This document shows, one piece after another, positions 18,840-27,919 of a DNA stretch of 64,000 nt. Position 1 is the stretch's first letter; every line of letters begins with the position of its first letter. Under the pieces are notes generated by a model that had not been told where the DNA came from, did no database searches, and saw nothing but the letters and a program-made list of their open reading frames with translations. The position numbers and the translations under genes are program-made. Location of the stretch: the NCBI GenBank assembly GCA_027459725.1, contig DAIDHK010000001.1:195411-259410 (forward strand). The letters are read 5' to 3'. Source of the DNA: Candidatus Levyibacteriota bacterium. GTDB lineage: Bacteria; Patescibacteriota; Microgenomatia; Levybacterales; UBA12049.

Positions 18840-19430
18840 ATGTTATCAACATTTAAACCTTACATTGACAAAACAACACAAAAACTAGTTTCCCCTCTGG
18901 CCAACGTTTCTCCAAACCTATTAACTATTATTGGTATTGTACCATCAATACTCTTTTTTATTTTAATTTTAAATCATTTGTATGTCTGGGCATTAGTTAT
19001 TTTTTTAGGTAATGCTTTTGATACCCTGGATGGTGCGGTTGCTAAAAGATTTAATAAAAAAACTCCTTTTGGGGGATTTTTAGATTCAACATTTGACCGT
19101 ATCGCTGATTTTTTTATTATAATGAGTTTTGCTTTTGCGAATATAGTAAGGTGGCAAATCTGTGTTTTATTATTAGCTATTTCTTATCTGGTGAGTTATT
19201 CCAGATCTAGAGCTGAGTTAGCAAGTAGCACTAGACAAATATTTGCGGTAGGGTTGATTGAAAGAACTGAAAGGTTAACTGTTATCTTCTTATCTTTTTT
19301 TGGTTACTTTTTATTACCTAATTTTACTTTCGGTAACTTAAATCTACTGGAAATAGTATTTATCGTTCTAATTCTCTTATCAATTGTCACTTTTTTACAA
19401 CGCGTTGCCGCTGCCTATAAACGCCTTTGA
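18840..19430 (+). CDS. CDP-alcohol phosphatidyltransferase, PIP/archaetidylinositol-phosphate synthase-like
   Basis: DTLDGAVAK...GGFLDSTFDRIAD signature, plus SYSRSRAE and GLIERTER motifs seen in PIP-synthase-type members. Confidence 0.88.
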   Translation: MLSTFKPYIDKTTQKLVSPLANVSPNLLTIIGIVPSILFFILILNHLYVWALVIFLGNAFDTLDGAVAKRFNKKTPFGGFLDSTFDRIADFFIIMSFAFANIVRWQICVLLLAISYLVSYSRSRAELASSTRQIFAVGLIERTERLTVIFLSFFGYFLLPNFTFGNLNLLEIVFIVLILLSIVTFLQRVAAAYKRL

Positions 19431-19519
19431 TACTAAAATTAGCTCTAATCGAATTTCTTTAAACCGTTTATAGATAGAAAGCTGAAATATTGATGAGAGG
19501 TCTGTTTAAAATATGAATT

Positions 19520-21628
19520 TTATTCAACTCTTCCGGTGAAGGTGGATTTGGCCAGCATAGCTGACACAATATTTTGAGGAACTACATCATAATGACTTGG
19601 TTCCATGTAGTAACTTGCCCGACCTTGCGACATACTGCGTAACTGAGTGGCATAACCTGAGAGTTCGGCTAAAGGAACCAGAGCGTTAACTATAGTTGCA
19701 CGATTTTTTTCTTCTGTACCCATGATTTGAGCACGTTTAGCAGATAAATCACCAATAATATCTCCCATAAATTCAGATGGGGTAGTAACTTCCACCTTCA
19801 TAATAGGTTCAAGTAACTGCATACTAGCTCTTTTAGAGGCTGATTGCAGAGCCATAGAGGCAGCAATCTTAAAGGCCATTTCGGAAGAGTCGACATCATG
19901 GAAAGATCCATCATAACATGTTACTTTCACGTCAACCACGGGAAAACCTAACAGCATACCGTTTTCCAATGTTTCCTTTGAACCTTTTTCAACAGCTGTC
20001 ACAAATTCAGCCGGTATAGCTCCTCCCTTAATTGCATCTACAAACTCATTGCCCTCACCACGAGGCTTTGGTTCAACACGCAAAAAGCAATGTCCATATT
20101 GACCACGACCACCCGACTGACGAATATACTTACCTTCTCCTTCAGCCATTTGACTTACTGTCTCTTTGTATGCAACTTGAGGAGCACCTACGTTGGCCAA
20201 TACATTAAACTCCCGCTTCATACGATCAACCATAATTTCCAATTGTAACTCACCAATACCAGAGATGATGGTCTGGCCTGTCTCATGATTAGTCTTTACC
20301 GTAAAAGTTGGATCCTCTTCCATTAAGCGCTTTAGTGCATAACCCAATTTTTCTTGATCTGATTTTGTTTTTGGTTCGATTGCTAAAGAAATCACAGGTT
20401 CAGGGAAAGAAATTTTCTCCAATACAATTGGTTTAGCTTCATCACACAACGTATCACCGGTGGTAGTTTCTTTCAAACCAACAATAGCCACAATTTCACC
20501 CGCATAGGCTTCTTTAATTTCTTCTCTTTGATTGGCATGCATTAACAATAAACGTCCTACACGCTCTCTTTTGTCCTTTACACTATTATAAATATAAGTC
20601 CCAGCTTCAATCTTGCCGGAATATACACGATAATAAGTCAGCTTACCTACATGCGGATCATTTTGAATTTTGAAAGCAAGACCAGCTAATGATTCTTCTG
20701 GCACCAATTTTCTTGTTTCTTCTGAACCTGTTTTAGGATTATGGCCAACCACGTGATCTAAATCTTTTGGTGAAGGTAAGTAATCTATAACTGCATCCAA
20801 AAGTGGCTGTACTCCTTTGTTACGCAAACTGGTTCCCGCATAAATTGGTACTAATTTATAAGCGATTACTGCGGCACGTAAAGCATTTTTTAATTCTTCT
20901 AAACTTGGTTCTTCACCACCCAAATATTTCTCTAATAATGCATCATCTGTTTCACAAATTTTCTCAATTAATTTAGCTCTATGTTCTTCGACTTGAGCTT
21001 TCATTTCTTCAGGAATATTATCTGATTCATCATATTTTGCTCCTAGTTCATCCGACCCCCAAATCAAAACTTTGCGTGTTAGTAAATCCACGTTGCCTTT
21101 ATAAGAAGACTCTGCTCCAATTGGCAAGACCATTATCGCAGGGTTTGCACCTAAACGATTTTCAATGCTTTGCACTGTGGCAAGAAAATCAGCACCTAAT
21201 TTATCCATTTTGTTAACGAAACAAATACGCGGCACACGATATTTATCTGCCTGACGCCATACAGTCTCAGACTGTGATTGAACACCTTCTTCGGCATCCA
21301 GAACCGTAATACCCCCATCAAGTACGCGCAAAGAACGTTCTACCTCAGCAGTAAAGTCAACGTGACCTGGAGTATCAATGATATTAATACGATTACCTTT
21401 CCAAAAGGTAGTAGTAGCTGCAGAAACGATAGTAATACCTCTTTCTCTTTCTTGTTCCATCCAGTCCATCTGAGTATTACCTTCGTCAATGTCACCAATT
21501 TTATAAGTACGTCCGGTATAAAATAAAATGCGTTCGGTAGTAGTGGTTTTACCTGCATCAATGTGAGCAATGATGCCTATATTGCGGATTTTATCTAAAG
21601 GATAAATACGTGATTTGTCATCTGTCAT
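19520..21628 (-). CDS. fusA: Elongation factor G
   Basis: AHIDAGKTTTTE, RGITI, DTPGHVDF, NKMD, QSGGRGQYGH; start at ATG 21628. Confidence 0.99.
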   Translation of the reverse strand: MTDDKSRIYPLDKIRNIGIIAHIDAGKTTTTERILFYTGRTYKIGDIDEGNTQMDWMEQERERGITIVSAATTTFWKGNRINIIDTPGHVDFTAEVERSLRVLDGGITVLDAEEGVQSQSETVWRQADKYRVPRICFVNKMDKLGADFLATVQSIENRLGANPAIMVLPIGAESSYKGNVDLLTRKVLIWGSDELGAKYDESDNIPEEMKAQVEEHRAKLIEKICETDDALLEKYLGGEEPSLEELKNALRAAVIAYKLVPIYAGTSLRNKGVQPLLDAVIDYLPSPKDLDHVVGHNPKTGSEETRKLVPEESLAGLAFKIQNDPHVGKLTYYRVYSGKIEAGTYIYNSVKDKRERVGRLLLMHANQREEIKEAYAGEIVAIVGLKETTTGDTLCDEAKPIVLEKISFPEPVISLAIEPKTKSDQEKLGYALKRLMEEDPTFTVKTNHETGQTIISGIGELQLEIMVDRMKREFNVLANVGAPQVAYKETVSQMAEGEGKYIRQSGGRGQYGHCFLRVEPKPRGEGNEFVDAIKGGAIPAEFVTAVEKGSKETLENGMLLGFPVVDVKVTCYDGSFHDVDSSEMAFKIAASMALQSASKRASMQLLEPIMKVEVTTPSEFMGDIIGDLSAKRAQIMGTEEKNRATIVNALVPLAELSGYATQLRSMSQGRASYYMEPSHYDVVPQNIVSAMLAKSTFTGRVE

Positions 21629-21793
21629 AAAAAACGCCAAAAGTTAGGCTCTTTACTATTCCTTCCTTTTGACATAAATAGTATATCATATTTTCAATAG
21701 CTATGCCACCAAGTAAACTACAATTTAAAGACTTATAAGTGCTTTGAGCTTTGACAAACTCACCTAAACTTTCTAGACTAAATTAGGACCTGT

Positions 21794-22315
21794 ATGAGTT
21801 CAATCAATTTCTTTCAAGAGCAACAAAATAATATTATTGATCGTCTGGTGCAATGGACACTAACGTATGGACGTATGGTTATCATGGTGACATATTCTGT
21901 AGCCTTAGTTGCATTTCTTTATCGATTTACTGTCGATTACAGACTTACTAACTTACATGATCAGATTAAAAATGATCAAATAATAGTCAATGCAATGTCC
22001 GATTCAGAATCGTTATTCCGTAATTTACAAGCCCGACTTCAGCTGATAGGACAAATAAATAGCACTTCCGCTATCACTGTTAACCGGTTAAAAGATCTAA
22101 TTGAAATTTCACAAGGTAATATTACATTTACTGATGTTTCTATATCAGATAAATCTGAGTTAGCAGTTATTTCTACGAATTCAATTGAACAGCTTAATTC
22201 ATTTGTAACAAATATTAAACAACTTAAATATGTAACAGATATTAATATTGAGAATATTCAAAACAAGATTTCGACTGGACAGGTCAATGCCGTTTTAAAT
22301 ATAACAACCAATTAA
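21794..22315 (+). CDS. pilN: PilN-like type IV pilus alignment protein
   Basis: N-terminal SINF motif, TM, coiled coil, ferredoxin-like tail; precedes PilO; TTGACA-17-TAGACT promoter upstream. Confidence 0.55.
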   Translation: MSSINFFQEQQNNIIDRLVQWTLTYGRMVIMVTYSVALVAFLYRFTVDYRLTNLHDQIKNDQIIVNAMSDSESLFRNLQARLQLIGQINSTSAITVNRLKDLIEISQGNITFTDVSISDKSELAVISTNSIEQLNSFVTNIKQLKYVTDINIENIQNKISTGQVNAVLNITTN

Positions 22316-22335
22316 ATAAAAACTCGTAAATCAAT

Positions 22336-23004
22336 ATGCCAGACACAAAACCTACAAATCCAGAACAAGTTAAACTCAAGACACAACACGAAAAAAACCT
22401 GGAATCTATTCATAGGCGAAGGTATTTATCTACTATTCATATTTTGCCTGATTTACGTAATAAGAAGAATCAGGATTATTTAGAAACATTTTTGACTTTA
22501 ACTGCCTTAATTTTAGCCGCAATTTTTGCCATCTACCCTACCTTATCAACTATTGTAGATTTACAAAAACAACTTAGCGATGCGGAACAAATATTCCAGC
22601 AGCTCCAGACAAAAAAAGACGCCCTGCATTCACTGCAAACTCAATATACCAACTTACTGACTCAGCCTGTATTTAATGAAATATTTTATGCAATTCCTAA
22701 ATCACCACAACTTGAGAATCTAGCTGCTGATATACAGTCAATCGGTAAAGAGAATCATCTGGTACAAAAATCTATTTCTATCTCACCAGTTAAAGATGCT
22801 ACGAACTCTAATTTACCAGCTAATGTATCAACCTTTTCTGTTGCTGTATCTTTTGAAGGAAGATACCAGGACATGCAAAGTTTCCTTAATCAGGTAGTTG
22901 ATATTCAAAGAATAGTGACAATTAAGTCTGTGGAGATCACCAAAAATCCTGCTGATAATGCATTAGCTTTAACTGTATTATTATATGGATACTCAGTAAA
23001 TTAA
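22336..23004 (+). CDS. pilO: PilO-like type IV pilus alignment protein
   Basis: TM, coiled coil, AIP..P, then V.FEG.YQDM..FL..V.DIQRIVTI typical of PilO. Confidence 0.75.
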   Translation: MPDTKPTNPEQVKLKTQHEKNLESIHRRRYLSTIHILPDLRNKKNQDYLETFLTLTALILAAIFAIYPTLSTIVDLQKQLSDAEQIFQQLQTKKDALHSLQTQYTNLLTQPVFNEIFYAIPKSPQLENLAADIQSIGKENHLVQKSISISPVKDATNSNLPANVSTFSVAVSFEGRYQDMQSFLNQVVDIQRIVTIKSVEITKNPADNALALTVLLYGYSVN

Positions 23005-23010
23005 ACTATT

Positions 23011-23394
23011 ATGAAAATACAAAAGAATATAATATTCTTGCTCTATTCAACCCTTTTTTTTGTAATCATTTGGATTATTTCCAGTATTTACCATATTTTT
23101 TCTACTTCAACTATAAGCCCTGACCTTCAGCTAATTGTTCAACCTATCCCAGACTCGTTCAGTCAATCGGTAATACACCTGGTACAGGAGAAAAAACAGG
23201 TTACTCCAATATATTCAATTGCAAATACAATAGCATCTACCTCAGCTAATTTATCACCTGTACTTCCTATACCTCCTACTTCATCAACCCTCTTAAATGA
23301 TCTGAATACTGTAGAGAAGAATGCGACAGCTTCATCCAATCAAACTCCTAATTCTGCACCAATTGTTATAACGCCATCAGGTCCATTACCATGA
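23011..23394 (+). CDS. Hypothetical anchored protein with S/T/P-rich tail (PilP position)
   Basis: N-terminal TM; follows pilO; ATGA overlap with the next gene. Confidence 0.6.
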   Translation: MKIQKNIIFLLYSTLFFVIIWIISSIYHIFSTSTISPDLQLIVQPIPDSFSQSVIHLVQEKKQVTPIYSIANTIASTSANLSPVLPIPPTSSTLLNDLNTVEKNATASSNQTPNSAPIVITPSGPLP

Positions 23395-24842
23395 AAAAAT
23401 CGTTTTTAGATAAACAGATACCTGGATTATTTCTAGTTCTTATATTAATTTTTGGTTTCTTTACCGTATCTTTTGTTACTCAAAATAAAGTAAATCCTTT
23501 CAGTCATGCTTCGGGTAGCGGACAGCCTGAAAACATACGCATAACCAACTTAAGCGCTACCAGTTTTACCATAAGTTACACAACTACCCAAGCTACGAGC
23601 GGAACTATTTCTTATCAACAAGCAGGGCAGACCAGCAGCGTAGAGTTTGATGATAGAGATGTCAACAATGCATCAAATAATTATAAATTACACTATTTCA
23701 CTCTAAAAAATCTACAACCAGATACAAATTATTTTTTTAGCATCTTATCTGCAGGCAATACATACGATAATAACGGGCATCCCTACTCGATAAAGACTCT
23801 TTCTCCTCCAACCAGTAAGCTTTCTCCTCAAAATATACAAGGAAAGGTTATAATTCCCGCCTCTATAGACCAGGAAGCTATAGTTTATGCTACTGCTTCT
23901 GGAGCACAGGATTTATCGTCTTTGGTATCAAATAATGGAAACTATAGCTTGAATTGTTCAAACTTTATTAGCTCTAATAATAATAAACTCACTTTATCCC
24001 AGACCAAAGTCTACCTGCTTGTCCAGGCGGATGGTCAACAGACAACCCTTACACTCCCCAATGGACTGGCACAAACTGTCCCATCAATAGTAATTGGCAA
24101 CAATTATGATTTTTCTTCCATGCCAAACCCAACGTCGACTAACATTGCATCATCTTCTGGTCTACCAACTGCTACTTTTACAAAAACCATACAGAAGAAT
24201 GTGAGTATAACCAGTCCTGCACAAGGACAAGCTTTTGCCGACCAGCAACCAACTTTTGCGGGAACAGCTGCTCCTAATACACTGGTGACAATAACTATTC
24301 ACTCTTTCAATGCCATAACCACCACAGTAAATTCAGATAAGTATGGTAATTGGCAATATATCCCCTCGGCAAATTTGAGTCCAGGTCAACATACTATTAC
24401 AATCACTGCAGTAGATAATTTAGGTTTTTCTCATACTGTTACATCTACTTTTTATGTCTATGCTTCCGGAGGTCAATTTTTGGTACCTTCTGTTGAGATA
24501 TCTCCAACTCTTACCCCAACTTCACCTCCTACTGATACTCCAACTGTTTCACCAACTTTAGCTGTAACAGTGACACCTAATCCATCTCCTGCCACGATAA
24601 CACCTACTGCAGTTATCACACCTACTGCCACTATTACTCCTAGTGCCACACCAACTCTAACTCCAACAGCAACTACTGCACCGACAACTGTTATTGCTCA
24701 GACAAATACCACTATCACCCCGCGCCTTACCGGAACACCGGTTACAGGAAGCGATTCGGTACTTACTAGTATGATAATTGCATTAATTCCTGTTATACTT
24801 GGCGGGCTGCTCATTTACCTATCAAAAGGTGTTATCAGATAA
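23391..24842 (+). CDS. Surface protein: FN3 domain, bacterial Ig-like domain, PT-repeat stalk, TPVTG motif and C-terminal TM
   Basis: ITNLSATSFTISY...H...LKNLQPDTNYFF (FN3); PTFAGTAAPN...GNW...LSPGQHTITI (Ig); (TP)n; TPVTGS + hydrophobic helix + basic tail. Confidence 0.78.
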   Translation: MKKSFLDKQIPGLFLVLILIFGFFTVSFVTQNKVNPFSHASGSGQPENIRITNLSATSFTISYTTTQATSGTISYQQAGQTSSVEFDDRDVNNASNNYKLHYFTLKNLQPDTNYFFSILSAGNTYDNNGHPYSIKTLSPPTSKLSPQNIQGKVIIPASIDQEAIVYATASGAQDLSSLVSNNGNYSLNCSNFISSNNNKLTLSQTKVYLLVQADGQQTTLTLPNGLAQTVPSIVIGNNYDFSSMPNPTSTNIASSSGLPTATFTKTIQKNVSITSPAQGQAFADQQPTFAGTAAPNTLVTITIHSFNAITTTVNSDKYGNWQYIPSANLSPGQHTITITAVDNLGFSHTVTSTFYVYASGGQFLVPSVEISPTLTPTSPPTDTPTVSPTLAVTVTPNPSPATITPTAVITPTATITPSATPTLTPTATTAPTTVIAQTNTTITPRLTGTPVTGSDSVLTSMIIALIPVILGGLLIYLSKGVIR

Positions 24843-24857
24843 TATCCAAACTTGATT

Positions 24858-26141
24858 ATGAAAATTGCTATTATCGGTGCCGGCTTTACCGGCTTGACTG
24901 CTGCTTATCGTTTGGCTCAGGAAGGAAATGATATAACTATATTCGAAAAAGACCAGAAACCTGGCGGATTAGCACTTGGTTATAAAGAAAAAGGTTGGGA
25001 ATGGAGTCTGGAGTATTTCTATCATCACTGGTTTACAAATGATGATTCAGTACTTGGCTTAGCCAAAGAATTAAAATATCCTGTATTAACGAAAAGACCA
25101 AAAACTTCTTCTTTAATTGATAATCGTATATATCAGCTTGATTCACCGTCAACACTTCTTTCATTTTCTAAACTTTCACTACTCGAAAGAATTCAAATGG
25201 GTTTAGTATTGGCTTTTTTACGTTATAATCCTTTTTGGAATTTATTTGAGAATATCACTGCTGCTTCTTTCTTAAATAAAACAATCGGAAGAAAAGCTTA
25301 CCTTATTCTCTGGCAACCATTACTAGTTAGTAAATTTGGAGAGTATGCAGACAAAATTGCTCTGACATGGTTTTGGTCCCGTATAAAAAAACGTACTACT
25401 TACTTAGCCTATCCTCAAGGAGGATTTTTGCATTTTGCCCAACACCTTGCAGATGCGGTTTTGAATAAAGGAGGGAAAATATATTTTCAGGCAGAACTCA
25501 ACCAGGTCAAAAGCGATGGCGTTCCATCCATATCCTATACTATTAATAATCAATCAAAAATAGAAAATTTTGACAAAGTTATAATAACGTTGCCTTCATT
25601 TGCTTTTATCAAGATTGCCCCCCAATTACCCGAAAACTACAAAAAATCACTAACTAACTTAAAAGGCATTGGAGCCGTTGTTTTAGTATTACGCTTTAAG
25701 AAAAAGTTTTTTGCAGATGATACATACTGGTTAAACATTTGTGATACTCAAGCACCAGTACTTGCTGTGGTAGAACATACCAATTTTATAGATAAGAAAC
25801 ATTACAATAACGAACATCTAGTATATTTAGGTAATTACTTGCCTAATAATCACAGGTTTTTCACCATGAGTGAAAAACAAATCATGTCTGAATTTGATAA
25901 CTTTTTAACAAAAATAAATCCTGATTATAAAAAAGATCTAATTGCAATCAGAAAATTCTCTACGCCTTTTGCCCAGCCAATCTTCTTTAAAAACTACGGG
26001 AAGATGATACCTACTTTCACTACACCTTTACAAAATATATATCTGGCTAATATGCAACAAGTTTATCCCTGGGACAGAGGGACAAACTATGCAGTTGAAC
26101 TAGGAGAAAAAATAGCGAGACTTGTTACTGACTCTCATTAG
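24858..26141 (+). CDS. FAD-dependent oxidoreductase (HemY/amine-oxidase-like)
   Basis: IIGAGFTGL.AA dinucleotide fold, GG motif, YHHWF, QVYPWDRGTN. Confidence 0.8.
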   Translation: MKIAIIGAGFTGLTAAYRLAQEGNDITIFEKDQKPGGLALGYKEKGWEWSLEYFYHHWFTNDDSVLGLAKELKYPVLTKRPKTSSLIDNRIYQLDSPSTLLSFSKLSLLERIQMGLVLAFLRYNPFWNLFENITAASFLNKTIGRKAYLILWQPLLVSKFGEYADKIALTWFWSRIKKRTTYLAYPQGGFLHFAQHLADAVLNKGGKIYFQAELNQVKSDGVPSISYTINNQSKIENFDKVIITLPSFAFIKIAPQLPENYKKSLTNLKGIGAVVLVLRFKKKFFADDTYWLNICDTQAPVLAVVEHTNFIDKKHYNNEHLVYLGNYLPNNHRFFTMSEKQIMSEFDNFLTKINPDYKKDLIAIRKFSTPFAQPIFFKNYGKMIPTFTTPLQNIYLANMQQVYPWDRGTNYAVELGEKIARLVTDSH

Positions 26142-26176
26142 CCTTACATTTAAATATTTTTAAGTACAAATCAACC

Positions 26177-27919
26177 ATGCATAAACTGTTCGTTAAAAAT
26201 TACCAATTTTTTATAATTACAGTTCTATTAGTAATTGGTTTTATCTTAAGATTTTATAATCTTAATTGGGGAGCTCCTTTTTATTTTCATCCTGATGAAA
26301 GAAACATTGCATCATCTATTTCAGAACTGAATTTCCCAAATCAAATGAACCCTCATTTTTTTGCTTACGGTTCCTTACCTATCTATTTAGTATATTTTAT
26401 CGGACTGCTAATGAATCTTTTTATTAACTGTCATATATCCACTTTTAATTGTACCCAGATTAATTTTACTCAAGCAATTTTATTGCTGAGAACTATCGCA
26501 GCGGTCAGCAGTTTATTATTAATTCCTTTATCTTTTTACATTGGCAATTATCTTAAAAACAGGCCCGTTGGGTATATGGCGGCATTCTTAACAACTTTTA
26601 GTGTGGGATTAATACAGTTCGCCCATTTCGGCACTTATGAAATGTGGCTAACAATCTTTTCTACCTTAATGTTTGGTACTTGTCTTTGGTACTACAAAAC
26701 TAATAAGCTCCTACCCTTTATTTTAATGGCTCTAACAACAAGTATACTTTGTGCAAGTAAGGTTACATCTTTTGTATTACTACCCATTCCACTTCTGCTT
26801 ATTATCAAACTATCAATTGAAGAGTTTAAAATTTATAAGTTTATAAGACATAAAGTCTTTCATTCTTTTTTTGTTCTCCTAAAGTTGATACTTTTTTTAT
26901 TCATTGTTGCGGATATTTATATTCTGACTAATCCATATACATTTCTTGATAAACCCTCCTTTTTAAATAGTATGCATTATGAATCTGGAGTAGCTCTGGG
27001 TACCGAACCAGTCTTTTATACAGGAGAATTTTATAATACTACTCCTGTTATCTTTCAGTTTATTCACGTATTTCCTTTTCTACTAAATCCTTTAATAACG
27101 GTAATTTTCCTTTTTTCCTTCATTTATATTTGTTATCTGATAGTTAATCCTTATCTAAGTCATATATCTCTTTTAAATTTAAATTCTAAACCATTTAGAA
27201 ATAGAAGATCTCAATTCAATTATTTTTTAGTTATCATTTTTTTTCTGCTAATATTTCTGTCTCAAGCCTTCTTCTTTGTTAAATGGACTAGATATATGGT
27301 TCCAACATTGCCTTTTATATATCTGATTGTTTCAATATTCCTATTTGACTTTTATACATATGCTCAAAAAAAATGGTCTAATATACGGATAACTACAGTC
27401 TATGTGGGAGTTTTGGCGTGCACTGTTATTTTCGCTTTAAGTTATATAATCAGTGTATATGTAGAACCTGATACCCGTCTGCAGGCTTTACAAGCAGCAA
27501 AAGAAATTTTACCTTCAGACACCAATATCCTAAGTGAGGTGTACGATTTAGGTATAATTCCTTTTAATAATTATTATACTAATATCAAATTATATAATTT
27601 TTATGATTTAGATAATCCTTCTTCTCAAACTAATTCAACAACTTTAAAAAATGCTTTACAGGCAGCTCAAGCAATAATTTTGCCTAGTCAACGAATTATG
27701 AAAGTAAGAATAGATAATCCACAAAAATTTCCTAAAGGACACAATTTATATTCCAGATTGTTTTCTGGACAGCTAGGATTTAAACTTATTTATGAGACTC
27801 CTTGTGATATATTTTGTAAGATTACGTATTTGGGTAGTCCTGTTTTCTCCTATGAAGAAACAGCTAGTGTATTTGATCGTCCAACCGTATTTATTTTTAA
27901 GAAAATTAAACAAAAATGA
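26177..27919 (+). CDS. GT-C fold glycosyltransferase (PMT/ArnT-like)
   Basis: LRFYNLNWG...HPDER, NPHFFAYGSLP, about 11 TM, RYMVP.LPF. Confidence 0.82.
   Translation: MHKLFVKNYQFFIITVLLVIGFILRFYNLNWGAPFYFHPDERNIASSISELNFPNQMNPHFFAYGSLPIYLVYFIGLLMNLFINCHISTFNCTQINFTQAILLLRTIAAVSSLLLIPLSFYIGNYLKNRPVGYMAAFLTTFSVGLIQFAHFGTYEMWLTIFSTLMFGTCLWYYKTNKLLPFILMALTTSILCASKVTSFVLLPIPLLLIIKLSIEEFKIYKFIRHKVFHSFFVLLKLILFLFIVADIYILTNPYTFLDKPSFLNSMHYESGVALGTEPVFYTGEFYNTTPVIFQFIHVFPFLLNPLITVIFLFSFIYICYLIVNPYLSHISLLNLNSKPFRNRRSQFNYFLVIIFFLLIFLSQAFFFVKWTRYMVPTLPFIYLIVSIFLFDFYTYAQKKWSNIRITTVYVGVLACTVIFALSYIISVYVEPDTRLQALQAAKEILPSDTNILSEVYDLGIIPFNNYYTNIKLYNFYDLDNPSSQTNSTTLKNALQAAQAIILPSQRIMKVRIDNPQKFPKGHNLYSRLFSGQLGFKLIYETPCDIFCKITYLGSPVFSYEETASVFDRPTVFIFKKIKQK

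Noticed and set aside
24500-24720. Pro-Thr repeats as a DNA tandem repeat or CRISPR-like array
   Set aside because: The repeats exist only at protein level with varied codons; no identical repeat-spacer structure was seen anywhere in the window.
24858-26141. Annotation as protoporphyrinogen oxidase (hemY)
   Set aside because: No heme pathway context; the gene is embedded among glycosyltransferases, so only the fold is supported.
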